Positions 17,222 to 26,265 of a stretch of 64,000 nt of DNA are shown here, piece by piece (the first letter of the stretch is position 1; each line of letters opens with the position of its first letter). The position numbers and the translations under genes are program-made. The notes below the pieces were generated by a model. That model did no database searches. It had not been told where the DNA came from and saw only the letters and a program-made list of their open reading frames with translations. Location: positions 10,071 to 74,070 of the forward strand of contig JASLOA010000034.1 in NCBI GenBank assembly GCA_030745755.1, read 5' to 3'. The DNA comes from Kiritimatiellia bacterium (GTDB lineage: Bacteria > Verrucomicrobiota > Kiritimatiellia > UBA8416 > JABMPJ01).

Positions 17222-17500
17222 CGCTCCGAGGAGGGGGAGCCTTCCTTGGCTGGACGCGTCCTGCGGACGCGAAAGGCCTGCGGAAGGCTCCCCCTCCTCT
17301 CCGCTTGGGTTAGTGATGCAGGGGCGCTCTCCGGGCTGGAGCACTGCCTCGCTTCGCTCGGCCTGCTAGGCCTCGGAGAGCACCCCTGCTCCTTCGCTTG
17401 GGGTAGGATGAGACCCGGGGCGAGATGTCTTCTGTCTCGACTGCCTGGCCTCGGAGCGTACCCCTGTTCCTTCGCTTGGGGTATGAGGATCGGGGGCGCT
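17222..17500. repeat. Perfect 18-bp inverted repeat (gaggagggggagccttcc / ggaaggctccccctcctc) followed by imperfect tandem ~65-bp repeats (…cctcggag.g.acccctg.tccttcgcttggggta.ga…)
   Basis: Read directly; lies between convergent genes. Confidence 0.6.
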
Positions 17501-18266
17501 ACAGGAACGGGTAGAGCACGCTCAGGATCATGACGTGCGCGAAGTGGTAGAGCACATCCACCCGTTCTTCAGGCCGCGCATGGTGGCGGGCTACGTTGTA
17601 GGTTTCCCATGCGGCGCGACGGTAGGCGGAGCCGTTCTTCGATTCGCTATGCCAGCGGAATGAGGCGAGTGTCTGGTCGATGAATACCGGATCGCTTTCA
17701 CGTCCGAGGCGCAGCCAGTAGTCGTAATCCATGGCCATGTGCAGCTTGAGGCCAATCTGGCCGATCCTCTCGTAGGCGGCACGCGAGAAGAAGGTCGCCG
17801 GCTGCGAGATGAAGTCGCGCCGCAGCAAATGCCGATAGCTGTACCCTAGACTCTGTTTCCGTTTGTAGCGGGTGATGACCTGGCGAATCTCCGTGTCATT
17901 CTCGTCGATGTTACGGCAGTTCCCGAAACACCAGTCAAACGGACTCGCGTTGTAGGCCTCGGCAACGGCCTGGAGCGCACCGGGCTCGTAGAGATCGTCG
18001 GAATTGAGCCACGCGATCACATCACCGTCGGTATCGTCGAATCCCCGGTTGATGGCATCGCTCTGCCCTTCGTCAGGTCCCGATGTCCAGCGAAGTCGCT
18101 TGTCATTTTCGAAACGCCGCAGCACGGCCAGGGTTCCGTCGGACGACCCGCCATCCATAACGCGCAACTCCAGCTCGAAATCGCCCTCCTGCGACAGAAT
18201 GCTCTGCAGCGTGCGCTCGATGAAGTTGCCCTGGTTGTAGGACGGCGTGATGATGGAGAATTTCAT
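17499..18266 (-). CDS. Family-2 glycosyltransferase
   Basis: FSIITPSYNQGNFIERTLQSILSQ ... DGGSSDGT ... GT2 motifs. Confidence 0.8.
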   Translation of the reverse strand: MKFSIITPSYNQGNFIERTLQSILSQEGDFELELRVMDGGSSDGTLAVLRRFENDKRLRWTSGPDEGQSDAINRGFDDTDGDVIAWLNSDDLYEPGALQAVAEAYNASPFDWCFGNCRNIDENDTEIRQVITRYKRKQSLGYSYRHLLRRDFISQPATFFSRAAYERIGQIGLKLHMAMDYDYWLRLGRESDPVFIDQTLASFRWHSESKNGSAYRRAAWETYNVARHHARPEERVDVLYHFAHVMILSVLYPFL

Positions 18267-19693
18267 GCCTTGCCCTTCTTAAGCACCTGCAGAAAAGCCA
18301 AAAAGCCCTGGAACGTTGCCCAGGCAGCGCGCGGACGGGCGGCGAGGTGCATGAGTTGGCGGAGGATGATGCCGGGGCGGAAGTAGAAATCACGCATCAG
18401 GTGGGCATGCGCCGCTTCGAGCGTTTCCTTGGTGAAGCCGTCGGGAACGAAGGTGGCTTCGAGGGTCGTCATCTTGCGCCAGTCGCAGTTGAAGGTGCCC
18501 ATCCCGGCCACCGTGTTGTAGATCTCCGAGCCGGGGAATGGCTGCAGGAGCATCACGCTGATATCGTCGAGCGGCAATGAGAGCGCCAGGTCGCGTGTGG
18601 CCGCAATGGTTGCCTCGGTTTCGCCGGGGAAGCCGACGATGAAGAACCCCTTGGTCTGAAGGCCCGCCGCGCGGCTCCATTCGAGCGCCTGGCGGATCTG
18701 CGGAATATCAAGGTTCTTGTTGACGCTCTTGAGAATATCGGCGTCACCACTCTCGATGCCGTACGTGATGTGCCAGCAGCCTGCCCGGCGCATGAGCTTC
18801 AACAGATCCGGCTTCACGCGATCGGCGCGGCCGAGGCATGACCAGGTGATATCGATCTTCTGTTCAAGCAGAAGCTCGCAGAACTCGGCTACGCGCTTGC
18901 GGGAGATGATAAACGTGTCGTCTTCGATCAAAATCTCGCGCACACCAAACTCCTCGCGCAGCTGCTTGACCATGCGCACGGCATAAGCGGGCGTGTAGGC
19001 GCGGCACATGCGCCCGAAGACGGAGCGGTCGCAGAAGGTGCATTGGTTGGGACAGCCGCGGGTCAGAACCACCGACGCGCAGGGCCAGCGACGGATGCGC
19101 GCGGGGGAGGGACGGAAAGCCTGCGGAAAGCCGTCGAGCAGGTCCCAGGCAGGCAGGGGAAGCGTATCCAGCTCGTGAATCAGGTCGCGTGGCGGGTTGT
19201 GGTGAAGGGCGCCGTCCCGTCGCTCGACCGTACCGACGATGCCGCTGGGCAGGGGCTGTCCGCCCTCCACGGTGCGGAGGATATCAACCAGCGTCACTTC
19301 GCCCTCGCCGATTACGGCCAGGTCAAAGCCGGGGCAGCTTTCGAGCGTGTCGTCCGGCAGGGAGGTGCCGTGACATCCGCCGATGAGGACCAGGATCTCC
19401 GGTTGCTTCTCCTTGATGCGCGCGGCCAGCGCGGCGGCGTCTTCGATGCCGGAGGTGGTGGCCGTGAGACCGACTACGGTCGGTCGAAACTCAAGGACAC
19501 GCTTCAGTGTCTCGCCCAGAGGCAAGTTGCCTGCCGCCGCTTCAACGATGGCAACCGCCGCTCCGGCCTCACGGGCGCTGGCGGCCAGGCAGGCGAGTCC
19601 GAACGACGGTTCGGTATTGGCGGCACCGGCAAAGGCACCGTAGCGTTCCTCCAGTGATACCGGAGCAGTGGCGAGGACAAGACGTGTCTTCAT
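18263..19693 (-). CDS. B12-binding-domain radical SAM protein (class B)
   Basis: N-terminal Rossmann-like B12-binding region; CPNQCTFC (CxxxCxxC) radical SAM cluster; 4-nt overlaps on both sides. Confidence 0.85.
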   Translation of the reverse strand: MKTRLVLATAPVSLEERYGAFAGAANTEPSFGLACLAASAREAGAAVAIVEAAAGNLPLGETLKRVLEFRPTVVGLTATTSGIEDAAALAARIKEKQPEILVLIGGCHGTSLPDDTLESCPGFDLAVIGEGEVTLVDILRTVEGGQPLPSGIVGTVERRDGALHHNPPRDLIHELDTLPLPAWDLLDGFPQAFRPSPARIRRWPCASVVLTRGCPNQCTFCDRSVFGRMCRAYTPAYAVRMVKQLREEFGVREILIEDDTFIISRKRVAEFCELLLEQKIDITWSCLGRADRVKPDLLKLMRRAGCWHITYGIESGDADILKSVNKNLDIPQIRQALEWSRAAGLQTKGFFIVGFPGETEATIAATRDLALSLPLDDISVMLLQPFPGSEIYNTVAGMGTFNCDWRKMTTLEATFVPDGFTKETLEAAHAHLMRDFYFRPGIILRQLMHLAARPRAAWATFQGFLAFLQVLKKGKA

Positions 19694-20079
19694 GAGGTGG
19701 ATGTGTCGGCTTCGTCGGGCGTGACGTCAGATTCCGGCGGATGTTCGCCACGAAGCAGCGCGATCTCCTGCGAGAGCTTTTTGATCTGGCGGCGATGTTG
19801 GGAAATGACCAGCGAGAACTGGAGCGTCATGAGCAGAAGGACAGAGAACGCGATGAGAAAAAGCGTGGTGGTGATGGTGACCGCGCCGATCAGGTCGGAC
19901 AAATGCACCAGCCAGTCGTAGCGTATCACAACCAGCAGCGCGCCGACCGCAATCCCGATCCAGATCCAGCAATAGGCAATATCGAGGCGTCCTTTTTGCA
20001 CGAGCCGGATGATGAGTCCGAGCAGGGCAAGCCCGAGAATGATGGAAGCAACGAACTGCCGTGGTTGGATCATACTCAT
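19690..20079 (-). CDS. DUF2304 small membrane protein
   Basis: Four hydrophobic helices plus charged C-tail; start MSMIQ gives an ATGA overlap with the upstream GT stop. Confidence 0.6.
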   Translation of the reverse strand: MSMIQPRQFVASIILGLALLGLIIRLVQKGRLDIAYCWIWIGIAVGALLVVIRYDWLVHLSDLIGAVTITTTLFLIAFSVLLLMTLQFSLVISQHRRQIKKLSQEIALLRGEHPPESDVTPDEADTSTS

Positions 20080-20849
20080 GATAGTGCTCCCTGCGAGGAG
20101 GACCGGATGCGCCATTGTCGCCACTGGAAAACGTTAAGCAGCACCATGAAGAGCGAGAGCAGCATCTTGATGGCATAGTAGATCGGCTTGAGACCTGAAT
20201 GCATGGACGCGCCCCCTTCGCGGGAACGCATGCTGACGGGCAGTTCCTTGACCTTCAGGCCCGCCATGTGGGCCATGACAATGACGTCGGAGTCGGGGTA
20301 GTCGCAGGGGAACACGCCGCTGGAGAAGAACGTGATGGCGCGCCGGGATAGCGCTTGCATGCCCGAGGTGGGGTCGGTGGTTCTCAGACCGGTGAGCACG
20401 CGGATGATACCGGCAAAGAGCGCGTGTCCAGCTCGCCGTATGACCGGCGTCTCGGGGTCAGGCCCGTTGAGATGACGTGAGCCGCTCGCGATATCGGCTT
20501 CCCCGTTGCGGACCGCCGCCAAGAGTGGGGGGAGCTGGTCCGGCGGATGCTGGCCGTCGGCATCGATCTGGAGGACCGGGCCATAGCCATTGCGGTTGGC
20601 GTAGAGATAGCCGGTTTCGAGTGCGGCGCCGTAGCCCAGGTTGCAGCCGTGGGAGAGCACGATGGCGCCGGCCGCGCGCGCGATGCGGGCCGAGTCGTCT
20701 GTCGAGGCATCGTCGATGACCGCAATGCCCGCCTCGGGGATGGCGCGCTTGAGGTCTTCGATCACAGCGGCGACACGTGGCCCCTCGTTGTAACAGGGCA
20801 TCAGAACCAGCGGGCGATACAGTGCGTCAGTGTCCATGAGTAGAGGCAT
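20076..20849 (-). CDS. GT2 polyprenol-phosphate sugar transferase (DPM1/ArnC/GtrB-like)
   Basis: VLMPCYNEG ... IDDASTDD ... DADGQH motifs; start set at MPLLMD because the upstream ORF extension is the family-3 element. Confidence 0.75.
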   Translation of the reverse strand: MPLLMDTDALYRPLVLMPCYNEGPRVAAVIEDLKRAIPEAGIAVIDDASTDDSARIARAAGAIVLSHGCNLGYGAALETGYLYANRNGYGPVLQIDADGQHPPDQLPPLLAAVRNGEADIASGSRHLNGPDPETPVIRRAGHALFAGIIRVLTGLRTTDPTSGMQALSRRAITFFSSGVFPCDYPDSDVIVMAHMAGLKVKELPVSMRSREGGASMHSGLKPIYYAIKMLLSLFMVLLNVFQWRQWRIRSSSQGALS

Positions 20850-20924
20850 GGTAGCGGGATAGGGCAGTGAGTGTAAAGGCTGTGGTGTGCTTGTGTGGTG
20901 CTTGTGAATGGGGCGAGACCCGGG

Positions 20925-21120
20925 GAGTGCCAAGAACTCGGCGCGAAATGCGGCGGCGATCTCACGCCATCTGCCGGTTTTTCGGAGGCTTCGCGGGCAG
21001 GAGCCCTGCGAATCCTCCGAGAAAACCGCCATCTGGCGCAAGCTTGCCACCGCATTTCGCTCAATCCGAGTTCTTGGCACGTTTCACACACCGCGCCGCC
21101 CTTGCGGGCGGACCGCGGTG
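20925..21120 (+). repeat. Family-3 element, copy 2
   Basis: Aligns to 13939-14131 with compensatory stem changes; lies in a divergent intergenic region. Confidence 0.6.
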
Positions 21121-21226
21121 TTGAATTGCGGAAGCGCCCGCTGCGCGGGCTCATCTTTCACCTGCCGCGGGTTGGGCGCGGAGACACATCATTGCACCTA
21201 TTCAGTAGACGTGGTAGTCTTACGCC

Positions 21227-21487
21227 ATGCCTGAGATTTGTAGATTCCTTGGTATTGTTATTGCGATTTACTGGAAAGAGCATGGCGTTCCCCATTTTCA
21301 TGCGAAGTACCAGGGCTGTCGTGCCTCTTTCGCTATTGAGGACTTCCGGTTGCTTGAGGGTAAGCTTCCGCCGCGGGTTACCGGCCTAGTGCTTGAGTGG
21401 GCGGCTTCCCATCGCGACGAGCTCCTCGGGGACTGGGAACTGGCCATGCAGAAGAAGCCGCTCAAACGCATCGCGCCACTCGAATAG
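21227..21487 (+). CDS. DUF4160 family protein
   Basis: MPEICRFLGIVIAIYWKEHGVPHFHAKY... characteristic N-terminus. Confidence 0.7.
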   Translation: MPEICRFLGIVIAIYWKEHGVPHFHAKYQGCRASFAIEDFRLLEGKLPPRVTGLVLEWAASHRDELLGDWELAMQKKPLKRIAPLE

Positions 21488-21497
21488 GAGTTAATCC

Positions 21498-21818
21498 ATG
21501 CACTATATCACTGGGGTGTCATACGAAGAAGGCTACACGTTGAGGCTGGTGTTCGAAGACGGTAGCTGCCGCCGGGCGGACCTGAGAGACCATCTTGACG
21601 GTGAAGTGTTTGAACCGCTGAGGAATCCTGAAGAATTCCGGTCCGCGCACTTAAACGAGGATATTGATACCGTTGTCTGGGACAATGGCGCAGACATGTC
21701 CCCGGATTTTCTATATGAGATATCCGAGCCCGTTGAAGACAGTGAACTGGCGCGGGTAGCCGAGACAGAAGCCCGATACGGTAACTCGCCTGCCGCCGGA
21801 TCCGAGACAGGACACTAA
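21498..21818 (+). CDS. DUF2442 family protein
   Basis: ITGVSYEEGYTLRLVFEDGSCRRADLRDHL... pattern; cognate partner of DUF4160. Confidence 0.7.
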   Translation: MHYITGVSYEEGYTLRLVFEDGSCRRADLRDHLDGEVFEPLRNPEEFRSAHLNEDIDTVVWDNGADMSPDFLYEISEPVEDSELARVAETEARYGNSPAAGSETGH

Positions 21819-23068
21819 TGCCGGAACGAGCGTTGCCCGGTGTAGACCATGGCGACGCCGGCTTCGTTGCAGGCTTCGATGGTTTCGAAGTCGCGGGCGG
21901 AGCCGCCGGGTTGTACGACGGCGGTGACGCCTTCGCGGATGCCTACTTCGACACCATCGCGGAACGGGAAGAAGGCGTCGGATACCATGGCGCTGCCCTT
22001 TAGGCCGCCCCTGGCGTCCGTCACGGCTGCGTCGATGTCCCTGCGTGTGGCATCGTCCTTGAGTGTATTGTAGGGGATGCCGTGCTGTTCCCAGCAGAGG
22101 CGGTCGGCCAGCTTGCGATAGGCTTTGTCACGGGCGATTTCGGCTACACCAACACGATCCTGCTCGCCGGTGCCGATGCCGACTGTGACGCCGTCCTTGA
22201 CGTAGAGTACGGAGTTGCTGGTGACGCCGGCTTCGACCATCCAGCCGAAAAGTAGATCCTTGAGTTCCGCTTCGGTGGGTTGACGGTTGATGGTGTACTC
22301 GTCGCCCTTGTAGGTCGTCACGGCGGGAAGGAAGTCATCCACGCTACGGGCCTCGGGCTGGAAGGACCACTGCACCACCATGCCGCCATCGATCAGACTC
22401 TTGAAGTCGACCACGCGCTGCGTGGCGTAGTCCTGCAGGCGCCCCATGTTGCCGATGCGCATCACGCGCAGGTTCTTCCTGGTGGCGAAGATGTCCATGA
22501 CACCGTCCGCAAACTCGGGGGCGATGACGACTTCGGCGTAATTCTTGACGATCAGCTCGGCTGTTTTCTTGTCGCACTCGCCGTTGAGTGCAATGGCGCC
22601 GCCGAAGGCGGCCAGGCGGTCGGCCATGTTGGCCTTGTCATAGGCATCCGCCAGCGAGTCGCCCAGTGCGCATCCGCACGGGTTGTTGTGCTTCATGATG
22701 ACGACTGCGGGCTCGTCGGTCAGGTAGCGCAGAATGTTGAGGGCGCTGTCGGCGTCGGTGATATTGATCTTGCCGGGGTGCTTGCCGGACTGCAACAGCT
22801 CGGCATTGGAGGCGAGGTGTTGTCCGGGTTGAATGGCCGTTACCTCGCCGAGGGTCAGGTTGCCGTTGACGAGGCGGTACAGCGCGGCTTCCTGGCCGGG
22901 GTTCTCGCCGTAACGCAGCCCCTTGTCCACACCGTCGATCTGCCAACTGTTCTTCTCGAAACAAAGGGTCTGGCGCTCATCGCCATCGATGAAGGAAATC
23001 TCCATCTGTGGCGGGAAGTGGTCATCCATGATGGTCTTATACGCAGCTTTGAAATCAGTCTGGCTCAT
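21815..23068 (-). CDS. AICAR transformylase (PurH C-terminal AICARFT domain) protein lacking the N-terminal MGS/IMP-cyclohydrolase domain
   Basis: LRYGENPGQ start of the AICARFT domain about 50 aa from the N-terminus; 417 aa total. Confidence 0.75.
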   Translation of the reverse strand: MSQTDFKAAYKTIMDDHFPPQMEISFIDGDERQTLCFEKNSWQIDGVDKGLRYGENPGQEAALYRLVNGNLTLGEVTAIQPGQHLASNAELLQSGKHPGKINITDADSALNILRYLTDEPAVVIMKHNNPCGCALGDSLADAYDKANMADRLAAFGGAIALNGECDKKTAELIVKNYAEVVIAPEFADGVMDIFATRKNLRVMRIGNMGRLQDYATQRVVDFKSLIDGGMVVQWSFQPEARSVDDFLPAVTTYKGDEYTINRQPTEAELKDLLFGWMVEAGVTSNSVLYVKDGVTVGIGTGEQDRVGVAEIARDKAYRKLADRLCWEQHGIPYNTLKDDATRRDIDAAVTDARGGLKGSAMVSDAFFPFRDGVEVGIREGVTAVVQPGGSARDFETIEACNEAGVAMVYTGQRSFRH

Positions 23069-23091
23069 CGTGTCTCCGAGGTGGTAGAGAT

Positions 23092-23165
23092 TGGAGCGGG
23101 CGAGGGGAATCGAACCCCTATAGTCAGCTTGGAAGGCTGAAGTTCTACCATTGAACTACGCCCGC
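23092..23165 (-). tRNA. tRNA-Gly (anticodon UCC), CCA encoded
   Basis: GCGGGCGTAGTTCAATGGTAGAACTTCAGCCTTCCAAGCTGACTATAGGGGTTCGATTCCCCTCGCCCGCTCCA; clean cloverleaf, U33, A37, discriminator U. Confidence 0.9.
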
Positions 23166-23326
23166 TCAATGGAAAACAGCGAGCAGTGTATGCGAGCGGA
23201 GATCAGAGTCAAGCCTTGTTGGCCACGTCCTGCAAATAGCATGGGACGCTGATCTCGCTCCCTTTTTGCTGTCATATCGGGAAGGGGATGCATTATCTTC
23301 CGTCCCCAACAGAGGGAGAGGGACAC

Positions 23327-23752
23327 ATGGCTGACTGGCAAAATGATCTGGGGTCGTTCTTTGAACAGAAAGAACAGACGCATGCCGAGCAGGAGCGATC
23401 GGAGACCGAGCGCTTCCTTGAGGATGTGGCGATGCCCGCGTATGCGCAGCTGAAGGTGGAGCTGGAGAAGTACGGACGTGAGGTGGCGATTCGGGAGACC
23501 GCCAGTGCTGCGGCGATTGCCGTGCAACATGGCGGGATGGATGAGTTTCGCTATAGCCTGCAAGGTCGGACGTTTCCGGAAGGTATCCTGCCTTTTGCCG
23601 AAATCCTGTCACGCGAACGCAAGGGCATTCGCATGATTCGCACGGAGAGCATGGTGCGTTCCGGCAGCGACTACACCATCCTGGATATTACCTCCGACGA
23701 GGTCATCGCCCACTTTCTTACCCACTACAAACGCTCCATCCGCGAGGAGTAG
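23327..23752 (+). CDS. Hypothetical protein
   Basis: ORF with SD gggagagg before the ATG; no recognised family. Confidence 0.45.
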   Translation: MADWQNDLGSFFEQKEQTHAEQERSETERFLEDVAMPAYAQLKVELEKYGREVAIRETASAAAIAVQHGGMDEFRYSLQGRTFPEGILPFAEILSRERKGIRMIRTESMVRSGSDYTILDITSDEVIAHFLTHYKRSIREE

Positions 23753-23767
23753 AACCGGAGATCTTGA

Positions 23768-25069
23768 GTGATGGCCCCCACGGACATCCAGAGCTGGCTT
23801 AAAGAGCAGATGGTATCTGTGGATGCGTATGATGCCGATGCGTTGGTCGAGCGATTCCTGTCAGAGATGGAGCGCGGTCTGAATGGGGAGCCCAGCTCCC
23901 TGGCCATGATTCCCGCTTACGTGTCGAGCGAAGGAGACGTCCCGGCCGACAAGCCGGTGGCCGTAATCGATGCCGGCGGTACCAACCTGCGCATCGGCAT
24001 CGCTCGTTTTGACGCTGATGGACAGATCCAACTCGAGCATTTCAGCAAGCAGGCCATACCGGGACGGGATGTCGAAGCCTGTGCCGCGGAGTTCTTCGCC
24101 GTCATGGTCGATGCGCTCGAGCCGGTGCAGGACGCCTTTGACGACATCGGCTTCTGCTTCTCTTATCCGGCCAGCATTACCCCCGACTACGATGGGAAGC
24201 TGCTGCACTGGACCAAAGAGATCAAGGTTCCCGAATTGGTTGGTGCTCACGTAGGCGCCGGGCTCCTGGCCGCATTGGACGCCCGCGGCATTGCAGGCAA
24301 GAACGTCGTGGTTCTGAACGACACGGTCGCCGCCCTTCTGGCCGGCGTGGCCGCCGGCCAGGCGTTCGATGCCTCTTCCTATATAGGGTTCATTCTTGGC
24401 ACCGGAACCAACACGGCCTACGTGGAGCAGAACCGCACTATCGGCAAGTTGCCGGGCCTGCACGAGTCCGGCTCGCAAGTCATCAATGTTGAGTCCGGCG
24501 GGTTCACGGGATTCGAGCGCGGTTCGATCGACCTGGCGATGGATGCCGAAAGCGAGAACCCCGGAAAGCATGTCTTCGAGAAGACTATTTCGGGCGTCTA
24601 CATGGGACCGCTCGCCCTGCGGCTGATGAAGGGGTTGGTGACGGAAGGGGTGTTCTCAGAAGACGGCGGCAAGTCGCTGGCGGAGATGACCGAACTCTCA
24701 ACCATCGAGATCGATAACCTGTGTGCCGATAATGGACGCGATGTCGGCGTCCTCGGGACGGACGGTTTCACGGATGCGGACCGCGAGGTCATGAAGGAAG
24801 TCTTCGGCGCAGTGGTTGATCGCGCCGCACTACTTACGGCGGTCAATCTCACGGCGGCTATTGTCAAGAGCGGCGCAGGGCAGGATCCCGACCGCCCCGT
24901 CTGCATCAATATCGACGGGTCGACCTATTACAAGACCTTCCGGATGCCCGAGAAGGTGCAGGCCCAGTTGCAGCGACTGCTGGGAGCGCGCGGCCTGCAT
25001 ATCCGCTGTATTCAAGTGGATGATGCGCCTGTGGTGGGGGCGGCGATTGCCGGTTTGACGACGTTCTAG
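23768..25069 (+). CDS. Hexokinase-family sugar kinase
   Basis: VIDAGGTNLRIG, GFCFSYP, LNDTVAALLAG motifs. Confidence 0.75.
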   Translation: MMAPTDIQSWLKEQMVSVDAYDADALVERFLSEMERGLNGEPSSLAMIPAYVSSEGDVPADKPVAVIDAGGTNLRIGIARFDADGQIQLEHFSKQAIPGRDVEACAAEFFAVMVDALEPVQDAFDDIGFCFSYPASITPDYDGKLLHWTKEIKVPELVGAHVGAGLLAALDARGIAGKNVVVLNDTVAALLAGVAAGQAFDASSYIGFILGTGTNTAYVEQNRTIGKLPGLHESGSQVINVESGGFTGFERGSIDLAMDAESENPGKHVFEKTISGVYMGPLALRLMKGLVTEGVFSEDGGKSLAEMTELSTIEIDNLCADNGRDVGVLGTDGFTDADREVMKEVFGAVVDRAALLTAVNLTAAIVKSGAGQDPDRPVCINIDGSTYYKTFRMPEKVQAQLQRLLGARGLHIRCIQVDDAPVVGAAIAGLTTF

Positions 25070-25092
25070 TGTCTTGGTCCAGGAGTTCGTGT

Positions 25093-25172
25093 AAGAAGTC
25101 GTTTGTCATTTCGAGCGAAGCGAGAAATCTCAAGTCCATGTTGGAGTAGAGATCCCTCGGCTTCGCTCGGGA
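25093..25172. repeat. Family-1 palindromic element (tgtcatttcgagcgaagcgagaaatctc ... gagatccctcggcttcgctcgggatgaca)
   Basis: Inverted arms read directly. Confidence 0.8.
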
Positions 25173-25242
25173 TGACACACGAATTGTGCAGAACGCAGTT
25201 GTGATGCAGTACACTGGGTTGGTCAACGAGTGAAGGAGCAAG

Positions 25243-26238
25243 ATGAGCGAAGGATATCCTGATATACGGTTGAGACGTTTAAGACAGTCGCCCCAGGTGC
25301 GACGGATGTTGGACCGGCCCTTTCCGGGTCCTGAGCGTTTTCTCTGGCCGGTCTTCGTGGTGCCGGGTAGCGGCGTATGCGAGCCGATCGATGCCATGCC
25401 GGGGCAGTGTCGTTACAGCGTCGATCAACTGATTGAGGCGCTGAAGCCGGTTGCCGCTATGGGAATCAGCGGCGTGCTGATCTTTGGTCTTGCTGAAGAG
25501 AGCGCGAAAGACGCCACAGGCACCGCTGCCTTCGATCCGACCGGTCCGGTGCACGCAGCGGTTCGCGCCATCCGCAACGCATATCCCAACCTGTTGGTCT
25601 TCACAGATGTCTGCGTCTGTGCCTACACCTCGCACGGCCATTGCGGGCCATTGACGGATGACGGGGTGGTCAATAACGATGCCTCGAATGCTGTGCTGGC
25701 CAACGTGGCTGTATCGCACGCCGAGGCCGGGGCGCACGGTGTGGCGCCCAGCGCCATGATGGATGGCCAGGTGGCCGCCATTCGTGGCGCGCTTGAAGCT
25801 GCGGGCTTCATGGATACGATCCTGATGAGCTACTCCACCAAGTTCGCATCGGCCATGTACGGCCCGTTCCGCGATGCCGAGAAGTCGGCCCCGCAATCAG
25901 GCGATCGCAAGGGCTACCAGGCATCTTACGGCGATCTCGCAACCGCCTTGCGCGAGTCCGACCTGGACGAGGCCGAAGGTGCCGACATCCTGATGGTGAA
26001 GCCCTCGCTGTTCTATCTCGATGTGCTGACCCGTCTGCGCGAAGGCACCGACCTGCCCATTGCCGCCTACAACGTCAGCGGCGAATACGCCATGCTCATC
26101 GCAACGGCGGACCGCGGCTGGGGCGACCTCTATTCCATGGTGCGCGAGAGCATCACCGCCCTCGACCGCGCCGGGGCCGACATCATTATCTCCTACTGGG
26201 CCAACCAGTATGAGAAGGTGGCAGGTGTCAGGTGCTAA
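25243..26238 (+). CDS. hemB: Porphobilinogen synthase (delta-aminolevulinate dehydratase)
   Basis: 331 aa; overall HemB pattern including the active-site Lys region. Confidence 0.9.
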   Translation: MSEGYPDIRLRRLRQSPQVRRMLDRPFPGPERFLWPVFVVPGSGVCEPIDAMPGQCRYSVDQLIEALKPVAAMGISGVLIFGLAEESAKDATGTAAFDPTGPVHAAVRAIRNAYPNLLVFTDVCVCAYTSHGHCGPLTDDGVVNNDASNAVLANVAVSHAEAGAHGVAPSAMMDGQVAAIRGALEAAGFMDTILMSYSTKFASAMYGPFRDAEKSAPQSGDRKGYQASYGDLATALRESDLDEAEGADILMVKPSLFYLDVLTRLREGTDLPIAAYNVSGEYAMLIATADRGWGDLYSMVRESITALDRAGADIIISYWANQYEKVAGVRC

Positions 26239-26265
26239 GGGCGTGTTGCCTCAAAAGAGATCCCT

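Noticed and set aside
20850-21080. N-terminal 77 codons of ORF 20076..21080 and ORFs 13890..14219 / 13898..14269
   Set aside because: They are translations of the family-3 palindromic element and give near-identical peptides at both copies. The real glycosyltransferase starts at about 20849.
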